Made by a program: the position numbers and the translations under genes. From positions 135,272 through 199,271 of the forward strand of contig CBDFJJ010000013.1 of NCBI GenBank assembly GCA_965248285.1: DNA of 64,000 nucleotides, in the 5' to 3' direction. This document shows, one piece after another, positions 1 to 10,477 of this stretch (positions are counted from its first letter, which is position 1; the number at the start of each line of letters is the position of its first letter). The notes beneath the pieces were generated by a model. That model saw only the letters and a program-made list of their open reading frames with translations, had not been told where the DNA came from and did no database searches. The DNA is from Gemmatimonadales bacterium (GTDB taxonomy: Bacteria; Gemmatimonadota; Gemmatimonadetes; Gemmatimonadales; GWC2-71-9).

Positions 1-243
1 GACAGCACTGACGTATAGGCCAAGGCGAGCATCCACGCGACGACAAACGATGGAAGCTCGCCGAAGATCGCGTAGGTGTAGGCGACTCCCCCCCGGCCGC
101 CCGGCCAGGTCGAGCCAATCACCCAAAATGACGATCCAGCCCACGCCAACGGCCGCGCCAAACGCGAGCGTAAACATCTGCTTGGCGCTGACGGTCTTTT
201 GTAGTTGAGGAGACGCTTGGCCGTTCTCCAACGGTCTTGTCAT
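1..243 (-). pseudogene. APC-superfamily permease, 5' end only (gene runs off the window); appears internally deleted and frameshifted
   Basis: Minus-strand ATG at 243 reads MTRPLENGQASPQLQKTVSAKQMFTLAFGAAVGVGWIVILGDWLDLAGRPGG. The permease-like continuation GVAYTYAIFGELPSFVVAWMLALAYTSVL is found only in another frame after the C7 run at 88-94. Not in the ORF track because no stop lies in the window. Confidence 0.4.
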
Positions 244-379
244 GTCATGTCAAGTGGAGTTGCGGGCTCATTAAGCACTGACATAGGTTGGGCATGTTAT
301 TAGCTAAATCGTGGAAGCGCAATTACCATGGTTGGTGTGTGCTTTGCCATGGCGTACACTCGGCGAAGAGGTCGCGCAG

Positions 380-526
380 ATGACCGCCCCGCCCCGCGAC
401 TTGAGCGGTCATGAACGACGCCTCGGCATGGGCCGAGAGATCACGACACGTGATTCTCTCAAAGCTACTTTGATTGGGGCGGGTACTTAGGCCCGCGCTG
501 TCAAGAGGATATTGGAGGTCGTATGA
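380..526 (+). pseudogene. Relic of a Tat-signal FAD oxidoreductase paralogue (in-frame internal deletion plus nonsense codon)
   Basis: 380-490 reads MTAPPRDLSGHERRLGMGREITTRDSLKATLIGAGT-stop, colinear with codons 1-37 of the gene at 6739 (its TGG is TAG here). 491-526 continues in frame as ARAVKRILEVV-stop, matching the last 11 codons of that gene. Confidence 0.65.
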
Positions 527-2403
527 GCGGGTGGTATGCAACTCTGCTTCTGGTGTGGCCGGTCTCGCCTGCTAGCCATGTGGTGATTCAGGAGGGCTTC
601 ATCCCTCCTCCTGACCCCAAATACGAGGTCCGAGTAGAGCGGAGCGTGTTTGTGCCGATGAGAGACGGGGTTCGGCTCTCGACCGATCTGTATTTCCCAA
701 TCGGCGGGGGGGACAGGCTGCCGGTGATCCTCCTTCGCACGCCCTACAACAAGAAGTTGTTCTATCAGCGAGCGTGGCCGGGAGCCTATGAGTTGGCAGG
801 TCAGGGATATATCATCGCCGTGCAAGATACGAGGGGCAAGTTTGAATCCGAGGGCGAGTACGTCATGGCTGCCGATGATACGCGCGACGGGTACGACGCC
901 GTCGACTGGCTTTCCAAACAGCCTTGGTCGACGGGCAAGGTCGGCACGTACGGGTGCTCCTACTTGGGCGAGGTCCAGTATCAACAGGCCAGACTTCAAC
1001 ATCCTGCGCTGAAGGCGATGATTCCGCAGGGGGCTGGTCCTACGGAGTACCGATACTTCGGCGTCACCGATGGAGGGGCGATGGAGCTTGCCGCCATCGT
1101 GGGATGGTTCCGAGAGCGTGGCAGCAAAATCTACTATCGCCCGCCTCCAGGAACACCGCGGGAAAAGTTTCTCCGCACCGTGGATTACTTCAACCCGGAG
1201 CCAGTGCTTCCGGAAGTAGATTACGCGGAGCTCCTGTGGAGCCTTCCCACGATCGACATCCTCAAAAAGACCAGCGCCCCGCCTACGGATTACGAAGACG
1301 TCATGTCCCATCCTCCGGGCGACCCATACTGGGACAGCCTCGGATACATCAAAGGAACGGATCGCTATGATGTCCCAGTCCTGCACATCAATTCGTGGTA
1401 CGACTTTGGTGTGGGCGAGACCCTGAAGCTCTTCAATCAATTGCGGACTAACGCCGAAACCGCTCGTGCTCGCGACAATCAGTTTGCCGTCATCTCGCCG
1501 ACGACGCACTGCCAGTCGGAACGGGCGACGACCGAGCACACGATGGTGGGGCACCGCGAGATGGGTGACGCGCGGTTCGATTTCTGGGGTCTCTATATTG
1601 ATTGGTTCGACTACTGGCTGAAGGGAATCGAGAATGGCGTGACCGATCGCGCCAAGCTTGCGATCTACGTCATGGGCGAAAATCATTGGCGGGATGAGCA
1701 AGAGTGGCCACTCGGCCGGACAGTGTTCACGAATTACTACATGCACAGCGACGGTCGGGCCAACAGCCGTTTCGGGACGGGGACGCTATCTCGTGAGGCC
1801 CCCCGAGACGAGGCGCCAGACCGTTACGTCTACGATCCCGCCTCACCGGTACCGACCGCCGGAGGAACGATCTGTGCCGCCTGTGCCCGCGGTCACGCGG
1901 TCGAAGGTCCCATGGATCAGTCCGAGCTCGAAACCCGACACGACGTGCTCGTGTACACGACTCAAACGTTGTTAGAAGGGGTGGAGGTCACAGGGCCGAT
2001 CGAGGTCGTCTTGTATGTCTCCTCTTCGGCCAAAGACACCGACTTCACGGCCAAGTTGATCGATGTCTATCCCGACGGGACCGCGTTCAATCTGCAGGAC
2101 GGGATCATGCGGGCTCGCTACCGGGAAGATTACAGAAGGCCGGTCTTCATGGAGCCAGGTGAGGTGTATGCAGTGCGCATCAACCTCCACGCGACGAGCA
2201 ACTACTTCGATCCAGGACACCGGATAAGACTCGAGATAAGCAGCAGCAATTTCCCCCGCTTCGACCGGAACCTCAACACCGGTGGAAATAATTACGACGA
2301 AACCTCATGGGTCGTAGCGGAAAACGTTGTACACCACTCTCGGGAATATCCGTCACATGTTCGGCTGCCTCTGATTACAGGCGGTAGGGCGGTAGGGCGT
2401 TAA
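523..2403 (+). CDS. CocE/NonD family hydrolase (S15 X-Pro dipeptidyl-peptidase-like)
   Basis: 626-aa ORF with LLRTPYNKK near the N-terminus and the GCSYLG nucleophile motif (G-x-S-Y-x-G). GGAGG lies 4 nt upstream of the ATG, which overlaps the TGA of the upstream relic (ATGA). Confidence 0.85.
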   Translation: MSGWYATLLLVWPVSPASHVVIQEGFIPPPDPKYEVRVERSVFVPMRDGVRLSTDLYFPIGGGDRLPVILLRTPYNKKLFYQRAWPGAYELAGQGYIIAVQDTRGKFESEGEYVMAADDTRDGYDAVDWLSKQPWSTGKVGTYGCSYLGEVQYQQARLQHPALKAMIPQGAGPTEYRYFGVTDGGAMELAAIVGWFRERGSKIYYRPPPGTPREKFLRTVDYFNPEPVLPEVDYAELLWSLPTIDILKKTSAPPTDYEDVMSHPPGDPYWDSLGYIKGTDRYDVPVLHINSWYDFGVGETLKLFNQLRTNAETARARDNQFAVISPTTHCQSERATTEHTMVGHREMGDARFDFWGLYIDWFDYWLKGIENGVTDRAKLAIYVMGENHWRDEQEWPLGRTVFTNYYMHSDGRANSRFGTGTLSREAPRDEAPDRYVYDPASPVPTAGGTICAACARGHAVEGPMDQSELETRHDVLVYTTQTLLEGVEVTGPIEVVLYVSSSAKDTDFTAKLIDVYPDGTAFNLQDGIMRARYREDYRRPVFMEPGEVYAVRINLHATSNYFDPGHRIRLEISSSNFPRFDRNLNTGGNNYDETSWVVAENVVHHSREYPSHVRLPLITGGRAVGR

Positions 2404-2517
2404 AGGCGGTTCGACGAAACAGCAAGGCTCACATCGACCCGCTCACCGGCAAGCTGCAAGGAGGAACGACGCGCTTCTTCAACGGCCGCGCGCTAGGATA
2501 CTGAGCCTATCGCACCG

Positions 2518-4599
2518 CTACCTTGCGCTCGCCCACAGGTTCCGTTCTGCCGCCTGGCGCACGATTGAGACCACGTCCTCTGCGAGCAGGTATCCCTCGC
2601 GCTCGAGCTTGAGCGCTGCCTCGACGACTCGGGTGAGATAGACGTCCCGCGTCGGATACCGCTCGAGCACCGACAGCCGCGGATCGCCGGTCCGGCGCCG
2701 CTCCTCCGGCGTCTTTGGGAAAGGAAGATAGGAGCCCGTCCAGCGCGTGAGCATGCCAGCGGCGCCCCATGCGTCCGCCCGGATGTTCCAGCCGGTGTAT
2801 GTCGCGAGCGGTACTGCGACATGCGGCAACCGGATTCCTCCCAACTCGTTACCATCCTGGTCCACCGCCGGCACGAGTGTCTGAAACGGTCGCCCCACTT
2901 TGGGAGGGACGTGGTCGGCAATGCCCTCGGTGTACCAGCGAGGACCCGGATCCACACGAAACGGCTGGTAGTACGTATGGGGGATGCCGGCTCCGGGGAT
3001 GCTGGGGAACAGCTCCCGGAACCGCTCGATGTTGACCAAGGTGCCATCGGCGATCTTGGGGTATCGGCTGGGCGGCGGCTCGATCCCCAACGTCGCCCAG
3101 CGATCGAGAGCGACCAAGAGCGCCGGCGACAGCCGACTTGAGAGCGGGTTGATCGGATTCTGAAGAAATCCCCCGGTAATCGAGGCGTGGGGGACGCCGT
3201 TGTGGAGGTAGATCCGCACGTTCGGGTCCGGGTCCACGTCGCGCGTGCCTGCGACGTCCGTGTGGATCAACGAGCCAGCCCGTGACCAGTACTCGGTCGC
3301 GGATTGCATGAAGAAGATCTTGGGCACGACACCGAGCGCGCGAGCTCGGTCCAGCATACTGCCGCGCCGGCCCGTGACCGGGTCCTCCTGCGGCACCGAG
3401 GTGAAGGGGAAGAAGTCCGAGGGATAGAGCAACTCATGGTGATGGCTGCCATGCCGCGTATTCTGGGCGAAGCGGTAGTTGAAGATGCCCTTGCCGCTCC
3501 CACCCAGGTGAATGAACAGACCGTCAAAGACCTGCCGGCCTTCGGGATCCGCGTTGAAGCCTTCCCAGACCAAGTGGTGCAGGAACCGCCCGGATTGAGA
3601 ACCGCCGTACGCCAGCGCGTGGTCGACCGATCTCGCCAGGGGATTAATAGCACCGCCGGCATCCGTGAGCTGGTACCGAAAGAACGAGACCACGTCCCGC
3701 ACCGCGACAAAGCCGAGCCCCACGACGCGAGGATCTTTCCCCTCGTAGACCAAGTCGTAGAGCCACCCGCTCTGGAAGCTTTCCTCGAGATAGACCTGTG
3801 TCGAGTCGGGAATGGCCCTCCCATCCTCCCAGCGTGCGAAGGCCCAACGGTCTCTCGCAATTTCGATCGGTGGGTCTGATCGGCGCTCCCTTTTGGTGAG
3901 CGTGGCGTGCCGGTTGTCCAGGCTCACGGGGGGGTAGACCTTGTGATCCCCCCATACCAAGGGTTGACTGTGCACCACCTTGCTGGTCGAGACATCGTCA
4001 CGCAGCGCGGCGCGCCGGTAGAGCTGGCCGACACTGATCTCGATCTCGTTGTAGATCTTTCCGGTGATGGCCGTCCCGTCAGGGTTCCGGGCGACCGGTA
4101 CCTCGATCGTGAGGCGGGTGTTGCCCGCCTCGACATCGCTGCTCCAGCCGCACCAGAGGACGGCGTATCCCTGTCGCAGCAGGAAGCCGTTGCCCGCATC
4201 GTCCAGCGTCGTGGGGTCGTTCCCGTCGGCGTCATTGAACGTGCCCAACGCGACCTTGTTGCCGCGGTTGTTCACGTCGTAGAGGATCCTCCGGTTACCT
4301 CGTGCGGGATCCACCGGCTTGAGCAGGAAGAAGTCGGTGGTGACTTCGACCATGCCGTCGGCATTTCGCGGCGCCAGTTGGAGGTCGGTCACCCGCTGAT
4401 TAGCCGGGTCGTCCGGATCCACCTCGAGGTGGATCCTGCCCGTGAGCTTCTCGTACGGACCCACATTCCCAAACGAACGCCCGTCTGCGAAGAGCTCGCG
4501 GCGATCGATCTCGAGTCGGGTGACCTGAGCGTCAGCGGCCCCGGTGACCAAGACAATGGCGGCGACGACAATCGAGCCCGCAACGCGGCAAGTTCGCAT
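2518..4599 (-). CDS. Secreted alpha/beta-hydrolase-domain protein, function unknown
   Basis: 693-aa ORF with GAGGA upstream of the ATG, a signal peptide (MRTCRVAGSIVVAAIVLVTGAADAQ) and YGGSQSGRF (G-x-S-x-G). It resembles the large secreted alpha/beta-hydrolase-domain family. Confidence 0.65.
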   Translation of the reverse strand: MRTCRVAGSIVVAAIVLVTGAADAQVTRLEIDRRELFADGRSFGNVGPYEKLTGRIHLEVDPDDPANQRVTDLQLAPRNADGMVEVTTDFFLLKPVDPARGNRRILYDVNNRGNKVALGTFNDADGNDPTTLDDAGNGFLLRQGYAVLWCGWSSDVEAGNTRLTIEVPVARNPDGTAITGKIYNEIEISVGQLYRRAALRDDVSTSKVVHSQPLVWGDHKVYPPVSLDNRHATLTKRERRSDPPIEIARDRWAFARWEDGRAIPDSTQVYLEESFQSGWLYDLVYEGKDPRVVGLGFVAVRDVVSFFRYQLTDAGGAINPLARSVDHALAYGGSQSGRFLHHLVWEGFNADPEGRQVFDGLFIHLGGSGKGIFNYRFAQNTRHGSHHHELLYPSDFFPFTSVPQEDPVTGRRGSMLDRARALGVVPKIFFMQSATEYWSRAGSLIHTDVAGTRDVDPDPNVRIYLHNGVPHASITGGFLQNPINPLSSRLSPALLVALDRWATLGIEPPPSRYPKIADGTLVNIERFRELFPSIPGAGIPHTYYQPFRVDPGPRWYTEGIADHVPPKVGRPFQTLVPAVDQDGNELGGIRLPHVAVPLATYTGWNIRADAWGAAGMLTRWTGSYLPFPKTPEERRRTGDPRLSVLERYPTRDVYLTRVVEAALKLEREGYLLAEDVVSIVRQAAERNLWASAR

Positions 4600-5025
4600 C
4601 GGAGGATCCTCGTGAGTGCAGAGTCGTGTGGCGGCCGCGAGCCAACCGTCGTTCCTCGCGGGTAAGCCCGCGGCTCGCTGGACCGTATGGCACGGTGCTA
4701 TTCATTATAATAGGACGGATCAGTGAGCTATCAATGACACCTCGACCGGTAACCTGTCCATGTTGCATCGAGCTCTTCTTCTCATTGCGGTAATCCTGCT
4801 TGGCGCGGCGGTCGCATGAGCTCAAGAGCCGTGGACGCCGCCCGACTCGGCGCTCCTCGCACGGCCAAGGCTGGCGCGTCCATGGTGCATGTGCACGGGC
4901 GGAATCCCAACTCCCGAGCTCTTGGGGGATAATGATTTCAAATCGGATCGGATTCACCCCAATGCGGCCGGGTACCGGCGACTGGCGGAAACGATTCAGG
5001 CGCTATTGCGCCAGAATGGGATGCT

Positions 5026-6654
5026 GTGAGCCGGTTCAGGCATAAGGGTTCAGGCGGCGAGGCGGAGTGTCCTTCGGCTGGGCCCCCGTTGCCGGAAAAC
5101 CTCGGCGCCTTGCTGGACCAAAAGGCGGATGAGCACCCGGACGACGTCGCCTGGTACTTTATCGGGCGCGAACAGTCAGTCACCTTCGGTGAGCTTCGTG
5201 ATTACGTGAATCGGGCCGCCAACGCGCTTCGCAAGCTCGGCGTATCGCACGGCACCCACGTAGCAGTGATGTCATCCAACTCGCTTGCCTACTGTGGCGG
5301 TTGGCTCGCGCTGGGGAAGCTCGGTGCGGTGGCGGTTCCGGTCAATACCCGTTACACCCCCCGGGAGCTTTTTTATGTGCTGGATGACGCCGAGGTTGAC
5401 TTTCTGATCATCGAGGACGAGTACCGGCCGGTCTTCGAGAGCATGGAGACGATACCAGCACGAATCCCTCCTCATCATGTGATTGCTGCCGGGGCAACCG
5501 ATGAGCCGGACGCCCTTAGCTGGGATCGGTTGGTGGCTCGCGAGTCAACCGAATTAGAAAGCATCGACGAGGTGGCGCTCGATGATCTGATCAACATCCA
5601 GTACACCTCGGGCACCACCGGCTTCCCCAAGGGCTGCATGCTGACTCATCGTTTCTGGATGTTGTCCTCCCGGGTAGTGCTGGAGGAAATGGGCTTGCCG
5701 CTCCGGCGAGCGCTCTATAACCAGAATTTCTTCTACATGGACGGGCCGTTTCTCACCGTCCTTTTTCTGTTTGCCGGGGCGACATTCTATTTCGTGTCGC
5801 GGCCGAGCGCATCGCGGTTCGTAGAGTGGATCAAAAAATACCGCATCGAGTACTGCTTTTTCTTCGAGCCGATTTATAAGGTCCCGGAGACCCAGCACGA
5901 CGCCGACAACGACCTTAAGCTCCTCCAGACCTTCGGGTTCAATCGCAGCCATCACGCCGATCTGGAGCGCCGCTTCGGAGCACCGGCCAGAGAGTCGTAT
6001 GGCATGACGGAATGCGGGGTGGCATTGGTCATGCCCCGGGACGCCAAGCACATGGTGGGTTCGGGTTCCTGCGGTCTGCCCGTCCCTTACCGCGAGTTGA
6101 TGATCGTAGACGAGGAAGACAACCCAGTGCCGCGAGGGGAGATTGGCGAGCTACTGGTCCGGGGCCCCGGCATGATGCTCGGCTACTACCGCAAGCCCGA
6201 AGCGAACGCGGAGACTTTTCTCGGCGACTGGCTTCGCACCGGTGATCTGTTCCGACAGGACGAAGCGGGGTACTTCTACATCGTGGGCCGCACGAAAGAT
6301 ATGGTGCGTCGTAATGCCGAGAACATCGCCTGCCGCGAGGTAGAGGAAGTGCTGAGAGAGCTCGATGCGGTCAAGGAGGCAGCGGTAGTGCCGGTTCCTG
6401 ACGACCGAGTCGGGGAAGAGGTCAAGGCTTATATCCAGCTGCAGGCTGGTCTGAGCCCTGACGGGCTGCCGCCGGCAAGCATTATTGAGCACTGCCAAGA
6501 GCGTCTGGCTACTTTTAAGGTGCCTCGCTACATCGCGTACCGCAGCGATTTCCCCATGACCGACTCATCGCGGGTCGAGAAGACCAAGGTGGTAGCTGAG
6601 CGCAGGGACCTTACCCTCGACAGTTACGATCGGGTGGACCAGGTCTGGCGTTAA
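5026..6654 (+). CDS. AMP-dependent acyl-CoA synthetase/ligase
   Basis: 542-aa ORF starting at GTG, with the AMP-binding signature [11 protein letters not shown] and a C-terminal KVPRY region. The exact start is uncertain; a TTG near 5089 is an alternative. Confidence 0.85.
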   Translation: MSRFRHKGSGGEAECPSAGPPLPENLGALLDQKADEHPDDVAWYFIGREQSVTFGELRDYVNRAANALRKLGVSHGTHVAVMSSNSLAYCGGWLALGKLGAVAVPVNTRYTPRELFYVLDDAEVDFLIIEDEYRPVFESMETIPARIPPHHVIAAGATDEPDALSWDRLVARESTELESIDEVALDDLINIQYTSGTTGFPKGCMLTHRFWMLSSRVVLEEMGLPLRRALYNQNFFYMDGPFLTVLFLFAGATFYFVSRPSASRFVEWIKKYRIEYCFFFEPIYKVPETQHDADNDLKLLQTFGFNRSHHADLERRFGAPARESYGMTECGVALVMPRDAKHMVGSGSCGLPVPYRELMIVDEEDNPVPRGEIGELLVRGPGMMLGYYRKPEANAETFLGDWLRTGDLFRQDEAGYFYIVGRTKDMVRRNAENIACREVEEVLRELDAVKEAAVVPVPDDRVGEEVKAYIQLQAGLSPDGLPPASIIEHCQERLATFKVPRYIAYRSDFPMTDSSRVEKTKVVAERRDLTLDSYDRVDQVWR

Positions 6655-6738
6655 CCGCTGTAACATCTTGGGGCACGGGCCTATGATTAAGACTACGTCT
6701 AGTAACCCCCGACTCCTCTCGGTGTAAATGGCACACTG

Positions 6739-8643
6739 ATGACCGGCCCTCACCGCGACTTGAGCGCTCATGAGCGCCGCCTGGGCATGGGCCGAGAGAT
6801 CACGAGACGTGATTTCCTCAACGCTACTTTGATTGGGGCGGGCACTTGGGCCCTCCATACACCCGCCCCCGCCCTGTCGCGTACGGCTTCTCAGCAACAC
6901 CACCCATGGGACGGATACGGCGGCGTCGGAGACTATGCGCGGTCGAACGGGAATACGTGGGAGGTCCTCCAGGCGGCCCACGAGGTGCGGGACGGCCGTT
7001 ACCGCGAGCGTCCGCCCGACGCGGTGGAGACCGGGGAAACGTATGATCTGGTGATCGTGGGCGGTGGCTTTGCCGGAATCGGATCGGCGTACGAGTTCAG
7101 GAAAGCGCGTCCGGATGCGCGTTGCCTCATTCTGGACAACCACCGGATCTTCGGCGGGGAGGCGAAACAGAACGAATTCATCGTGGGCGGGCACCGGCTG
7201 GTTGGTCCCCAGGGATCGAACCTATTTCGTGTACCGGATCCAGGAGATGCCGGCTACGAGGAATACACGGAACTGGGTATGCCGCGGGAGTACGAGTGGC
7301 AAACGTGGGATCCGGGGTACAATCCATTCCACTTTTTTAAAGACAATTACAGCTTCATGTTGTGGACCGACCGGTCTCGGGGAAACGGGTATTTCTTCGA
7401 TGAAAATTCCCGTTGGGTGGACAACATGTGGGCAAGCGATCTCGCCACTGCTCCATACCCCGAGATGGTGAGACGTGACCTGCTCGAGTGGAGAAAAAGC
7501 AAAGGCGATTTCTACAAGGGTGATGATCTGGAGCGCTGGCTCGATTCGATGTCTGTGAAGGATTACTTCGAAAAAGTGATGAAGCTCAGCCCCGAGATCA
7601 CAAAGTTCATGGATCCCATCCTCGCGTCCGGGCTTGGCCTGGGATGCGATGCTCTATCGGCGTACGCTGGCTACAGCGCGGCGGTGCCTGGATTTCCTAG
7701 CGCAGCTGACGACCACTATTGGCAGCTCGAGTGGCTGTCGTTCCCTGGTGGCAACACGACGATGCTGCGCTATTTCCTGAAGGCGCTCATCCCTGACGCC
7801 ATTCGGGGCGGCGGCGAATTCCCGGCTATCGCTTTGGGCCGTGTCGACTTCGACGCGTTGGATCGACCGGAACAGCCCGTACGGATGAGGCTAGCGGCTA
7901 CGGCTGTGCGCGTGGAGCATGATCAGGTTCCTGAAAATGCCGAGCACGTGTTGGTGACCTACGCGAAGGGGGGGAGGAGCTATCGAGTTCGGGCGCGCGC
8001 GGTGATCATGGCTTCTGGGGGATGGATCAACCGTCACGTCGTGCGTGACCTTCCCGTTGCTCATCGAGACGCGTACGGCGAGTTCCATCACTCGTCGGTG
8101 CTCGTGGTCAACGTCGCCCTCCACCGCTGGCGATTCATGTACGACTTGGGTGTCACGGCCTGTCGCTGGTTCAAGGGTTTTGGTTTCTCCTGCAACATCC
8201 GTCGGCCGATGATCGTCGGTGACCATCGGCCCCCACTAGACCCCGACCAACCCACCGTTTTGACGTTCTACGTGCCGTTTTACTATCCCGGATTGCCGGT
8301 ACCGCAGCAGGGCTCCAAGGGCCGGGAGGAACTGCTGTCCACCAGCTACCGCGCTTACGAGACAAAAATCCGAGAGCAAATGGTGCGTCTCTTTGGGCAG
8401 GCGGGCTTTGATCCGAGGCGCGACATCGCGGGCATCATACTGAATCGTTGGGGCCACGCGTACGTGGACCCCGAGCCCGGATTCTATTTCGGAAAGAATG
8501 GCGACCCCGCACCTCGCGATATTATTCGCCAACGGCATGGTCGGATCGCTTTCGCGCATTCTGAACTGCAGGGTTTGCAGAGCCGGTTTGGCGCCATCAC
8601 CGAAGCTCGCCGCGCGGTCAAACAAGTATTGGAGGTCGTATGA
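6739..8643 (+). CDS. Tat-exported FAD/NAD(P)-binding oxidoreductase (spermidine-dehydrogenase-like, tentative)
   Basis: 634-aa ORF with twin-arginine leader ITRRDFLNATLIGAG and dinucleotide fold DLVIVGGGFAGIGSAYEF. The N-terminal 37 codons are conserved in the relic at 380, which supports the start at 6739. Confidence 0.8.
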   Translation: MTGPHRDLSAHERRLGMGREITRRDFLNATLIGAGTWALHTPAPALSRTASQQHHPWDGYGGVGDYARSNGNTWEVLQAAHEVRDGRYRERPPDAVETGETYDLVIVGGGFAGIGSAYEFRKARPDARCLILDNHRIFGGEAKQNEFIVGGHRLVGPQGSNLFRVPDPGDAGYEEYTELGMPREYEWQTWDPGYNPFHFFKDNYSFMLWTDRSRGNGYFFDENSRWVDNMWASDLATAPYPEMVRRDLLEWRKSKGDFYKGDDLERWLDSMSVKDYFEKVMKLSPEITKFMDPILASGLGLGCDALSAYAGYSAAVPGFPSAADDHYWQLEWLSFPGGNTTMLRYFLKALIPDAIRGGGEFPAIALGRVDFDALDRPEQPVRMRLAATAVRVEHDQVPENAEHVLVTYAKGGRSYRVRARAVIMASGGWINRHVVRDLPVAHRDAYGEFHHSSVLVVNVALHRWRFMYDLGVTACRWFKGFGFSCNIRRPMIVGDHRPPLDPDQPTVLTFYVPFYYPGLPVPQQGSKGREELLSTSYRAYETKIREQMVRLFGQAGFDPRRDIAGIILNRWGHAYVDPEPGFYFGKNGDPAPRDIIRQRHGRIAFAHSELQGLQSRFGAITEARRAVKQVLEVV

Positions 8644-8779
8644 GCGGGTGGTATGCAACTTTGCTTCTGCAGTGGCCGGTCTCGCCTGCAGTTCTACGAG
8701 GCTTCGAGGATGTGGAGCCGGTGACCCGTACCGTCCTGGACGCGCTCGATCGCGCAGCGCATTGAAGGAGGCACCACCG

Positions 8780-10477
8780 ATGCAACGTACCGCCGCTTGG
8801 GGACTGGGTCGGGTCGCATGTCTGACCGCACTGTGGTGGGGTTGCGCCGAGTACGGCCGCGACGTCAGCCTCTCCCCCGCTGATTGGCCGGAAGGAGAGA
8901 TGGAGCGCTTCACCCAGCTCCACAACGTCTTTTACCGGCCGCACCTCGAGGGCAAGGGCAAGCAGGGCATGATCGCCGGGATTCAGGGAGCGCTGGGGGT
9001 CCGCTCCGGTCTCGAAGCGCTCCACGCCCCGGTCACCCCCGTGCCAATGAGTCGGGTGACGAGCCTGACCGGGGTGGATCGGCAGAGCACGCAGCAAGAG
9101 CCGCCCAACATCATTTTTATGTTTGCGGACAACCTCGGCTACGGCGAGGTCGGCGTCTATGGAGGCAACCGCGCAGTGCCGACGCCTCGGATCGACGCGC
9201 TCGCGGCAGAGGGCTTCCGGCTCACTAATTTCAACGTCGAGTGGTTTTGTACACCATCGCGGTCAGCGACCCTCACAGGTCGCTTTGGTGTGCGGTCCGG
9301 GACGCATATCTACTTCAGGGGTGAACCCGGGCGACCGTTCGGCATGACGCAGTGGGAAATTACCCTGGCCGAGCTTCTGGCACCCCTGGGTTACACGAGC
9401 GCCCTGTACGGCAAATGGCATCTTGGGGGCACGGAGGGCCGCTATCCGACGGATCAGGGTTTCGACGAATGGTACGGCATTCGGCATTCGAGCAGCGAAG
9501 CCGAATTTACTAGCTCGCCTTTGTTCGACCCCAACAGTATGGAGACTCCCTACATCTGGGAAGGCAGGAAGGGTGAGCCATCGCGGCACGTGAAGGTGTT
9601 CGACATCGACAACCGGCGACACTTGGACCGGGATGTCACCGAACGGGCGGTCGAGTTCATCGAGCGCAACACGCTGGCACGCAAACCCTTCTTCCTGTTT
9701 CTACCCCTGACACAGCTCCACTTTCCCACATTGGCACATCCGGAGTTCGCCGGGAAGACCGGCGCAGGGGACATCGGCGACGCCATGGCGGAGATGGACC
9801 GCAACGTGGGGGTGGTGTTGGACGCCGTAAAGCGACTCGGAATCGAGGGTAATACCATCGTCATCTGGACTAGCGACGGCGGCGCGGAGTGGCGCAGGCC
9901 TTGGCGCGGGACCTCGGGACCGTGGCGGGGATTCTATGCCACGGCCATGGAGGGAGGGATACGCGTTCCCTTTATGATTCGCTGGCCGGGACACATTCCC
10001 GCGGGACGGGTGTCCAATGAGATCGTGCACCAAGTCGACGTGTTCACGACGCTGGCGCGCGCCGCCGGCACCGACGTGCCACAGGATCGCGCCATCGACG
10101 GCGTCAATCAGCTCGCCTTCTTCAAAGGCCAACAGCCGAAATCGAACCGTGAGAGTTTCGTCGTCTACGTGGGCGGCTCGGTGGAGAGGCTCCCTCCGCC
10201 GCGGGCGAGACGGGCCTCCCCCCTGGGTGAGATCCGTGCGGTCAAGTGGCGGGACTGGAAAATGCACTATGTGTGGCAGGTAGAACGGGGCCAGCCCGTG
10301 GAGGAGACCAGGAAGCTCTTCAACCTACGCTCCGATCCCAAGGAGGAGACGAACCTGATTCCCGTGACACCAAGCTTCTCACGTTTCCTGATCGCCAAGA
10401 TCTCCAGGATCCGGAGCGAGTTCGAGGCGAGTCTGGAAAAGTACCCGCCGATCCCGCCGGGTACGCCGGATCCCTAG
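8780..10477 (+). CDS. Sulfatase (formylglycine-dependent arylsulfatase family)
   Basis: ATG at 8780 follows GAAGGAGG and encodes a signal peptide (MQRTAAWGLGRVACLTALWWGCA). Motifs IIFMFADNLGYG and CTPSRSATLTGR (C-x-P-x-R) are present. The ORF-track start at 8498 is an upstream extension. Confidence 0.85.
   Translation: MQRTAAWGLGRVACLTALWWGCAEYGRDVSLSPADWPEGEMERFTQLHNVFYRPHLEGKGKQGMIAGIQGALGVRSGLEALHAPVTPVPMSRVTSLTGVDRQSTQQEPPNIIFMFADNLGYGEVGVYGGNRAVPTPRIDALAAEGFRLTNFNVEWFCTPSRSATLTGRFGVRSGTHIYFRGEPGRPFGMTQWEITLAELLAPLGYTSALYGKWHLGGTEGRYPTDQGFDEWYGIRHSSSEAEFTSSPLFDPNSMETPYIWEGRKGEPSRHVKVFDIDNRRHLDRDVTERAVEFIERNTLARKPFFLFLPLTQLHFPTLAHPEFAGKTGAGDIGDAMAEMDRNVGVVLDAVKRLGIEGNTIVIWTSDGGAEWRRPWRGTSGPWRGFYATAMEGGIRVPFMIRWPGHIPAGRVSNEIVHQVDVFTTLARAAGTDVPQDRAIDGVNQLAFFKGQQPKSNRESFVVYVGGSVERLPPPRARRASPLGEIRAVKWRDWKMHYVWQVERGQPVEETRKLFNLRSDPKEETNLIPVTPSFSRFLIAKISRIRSEFEASLEKYPPIPPGTPDP

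Noticed and set aside
487-1746. 419-aa ORF antisense to the CocE hydrolase gene
   Set aside because: It has Arg/Pro/Gly-rich low-complexity composition typical of antisense frames in high-GC DNA, and no motif. The sense strand carries a well-supported gene.
4600-5025. A 430-bp divergent intergenic region of somewhat lower G+C, examined for a riboswitch, sRNA or small gene
   Set aside because: Only weak short inverted repeats were seen and no motif I recognise. The ORFs here (141 aa and 81 aa) look spurious.
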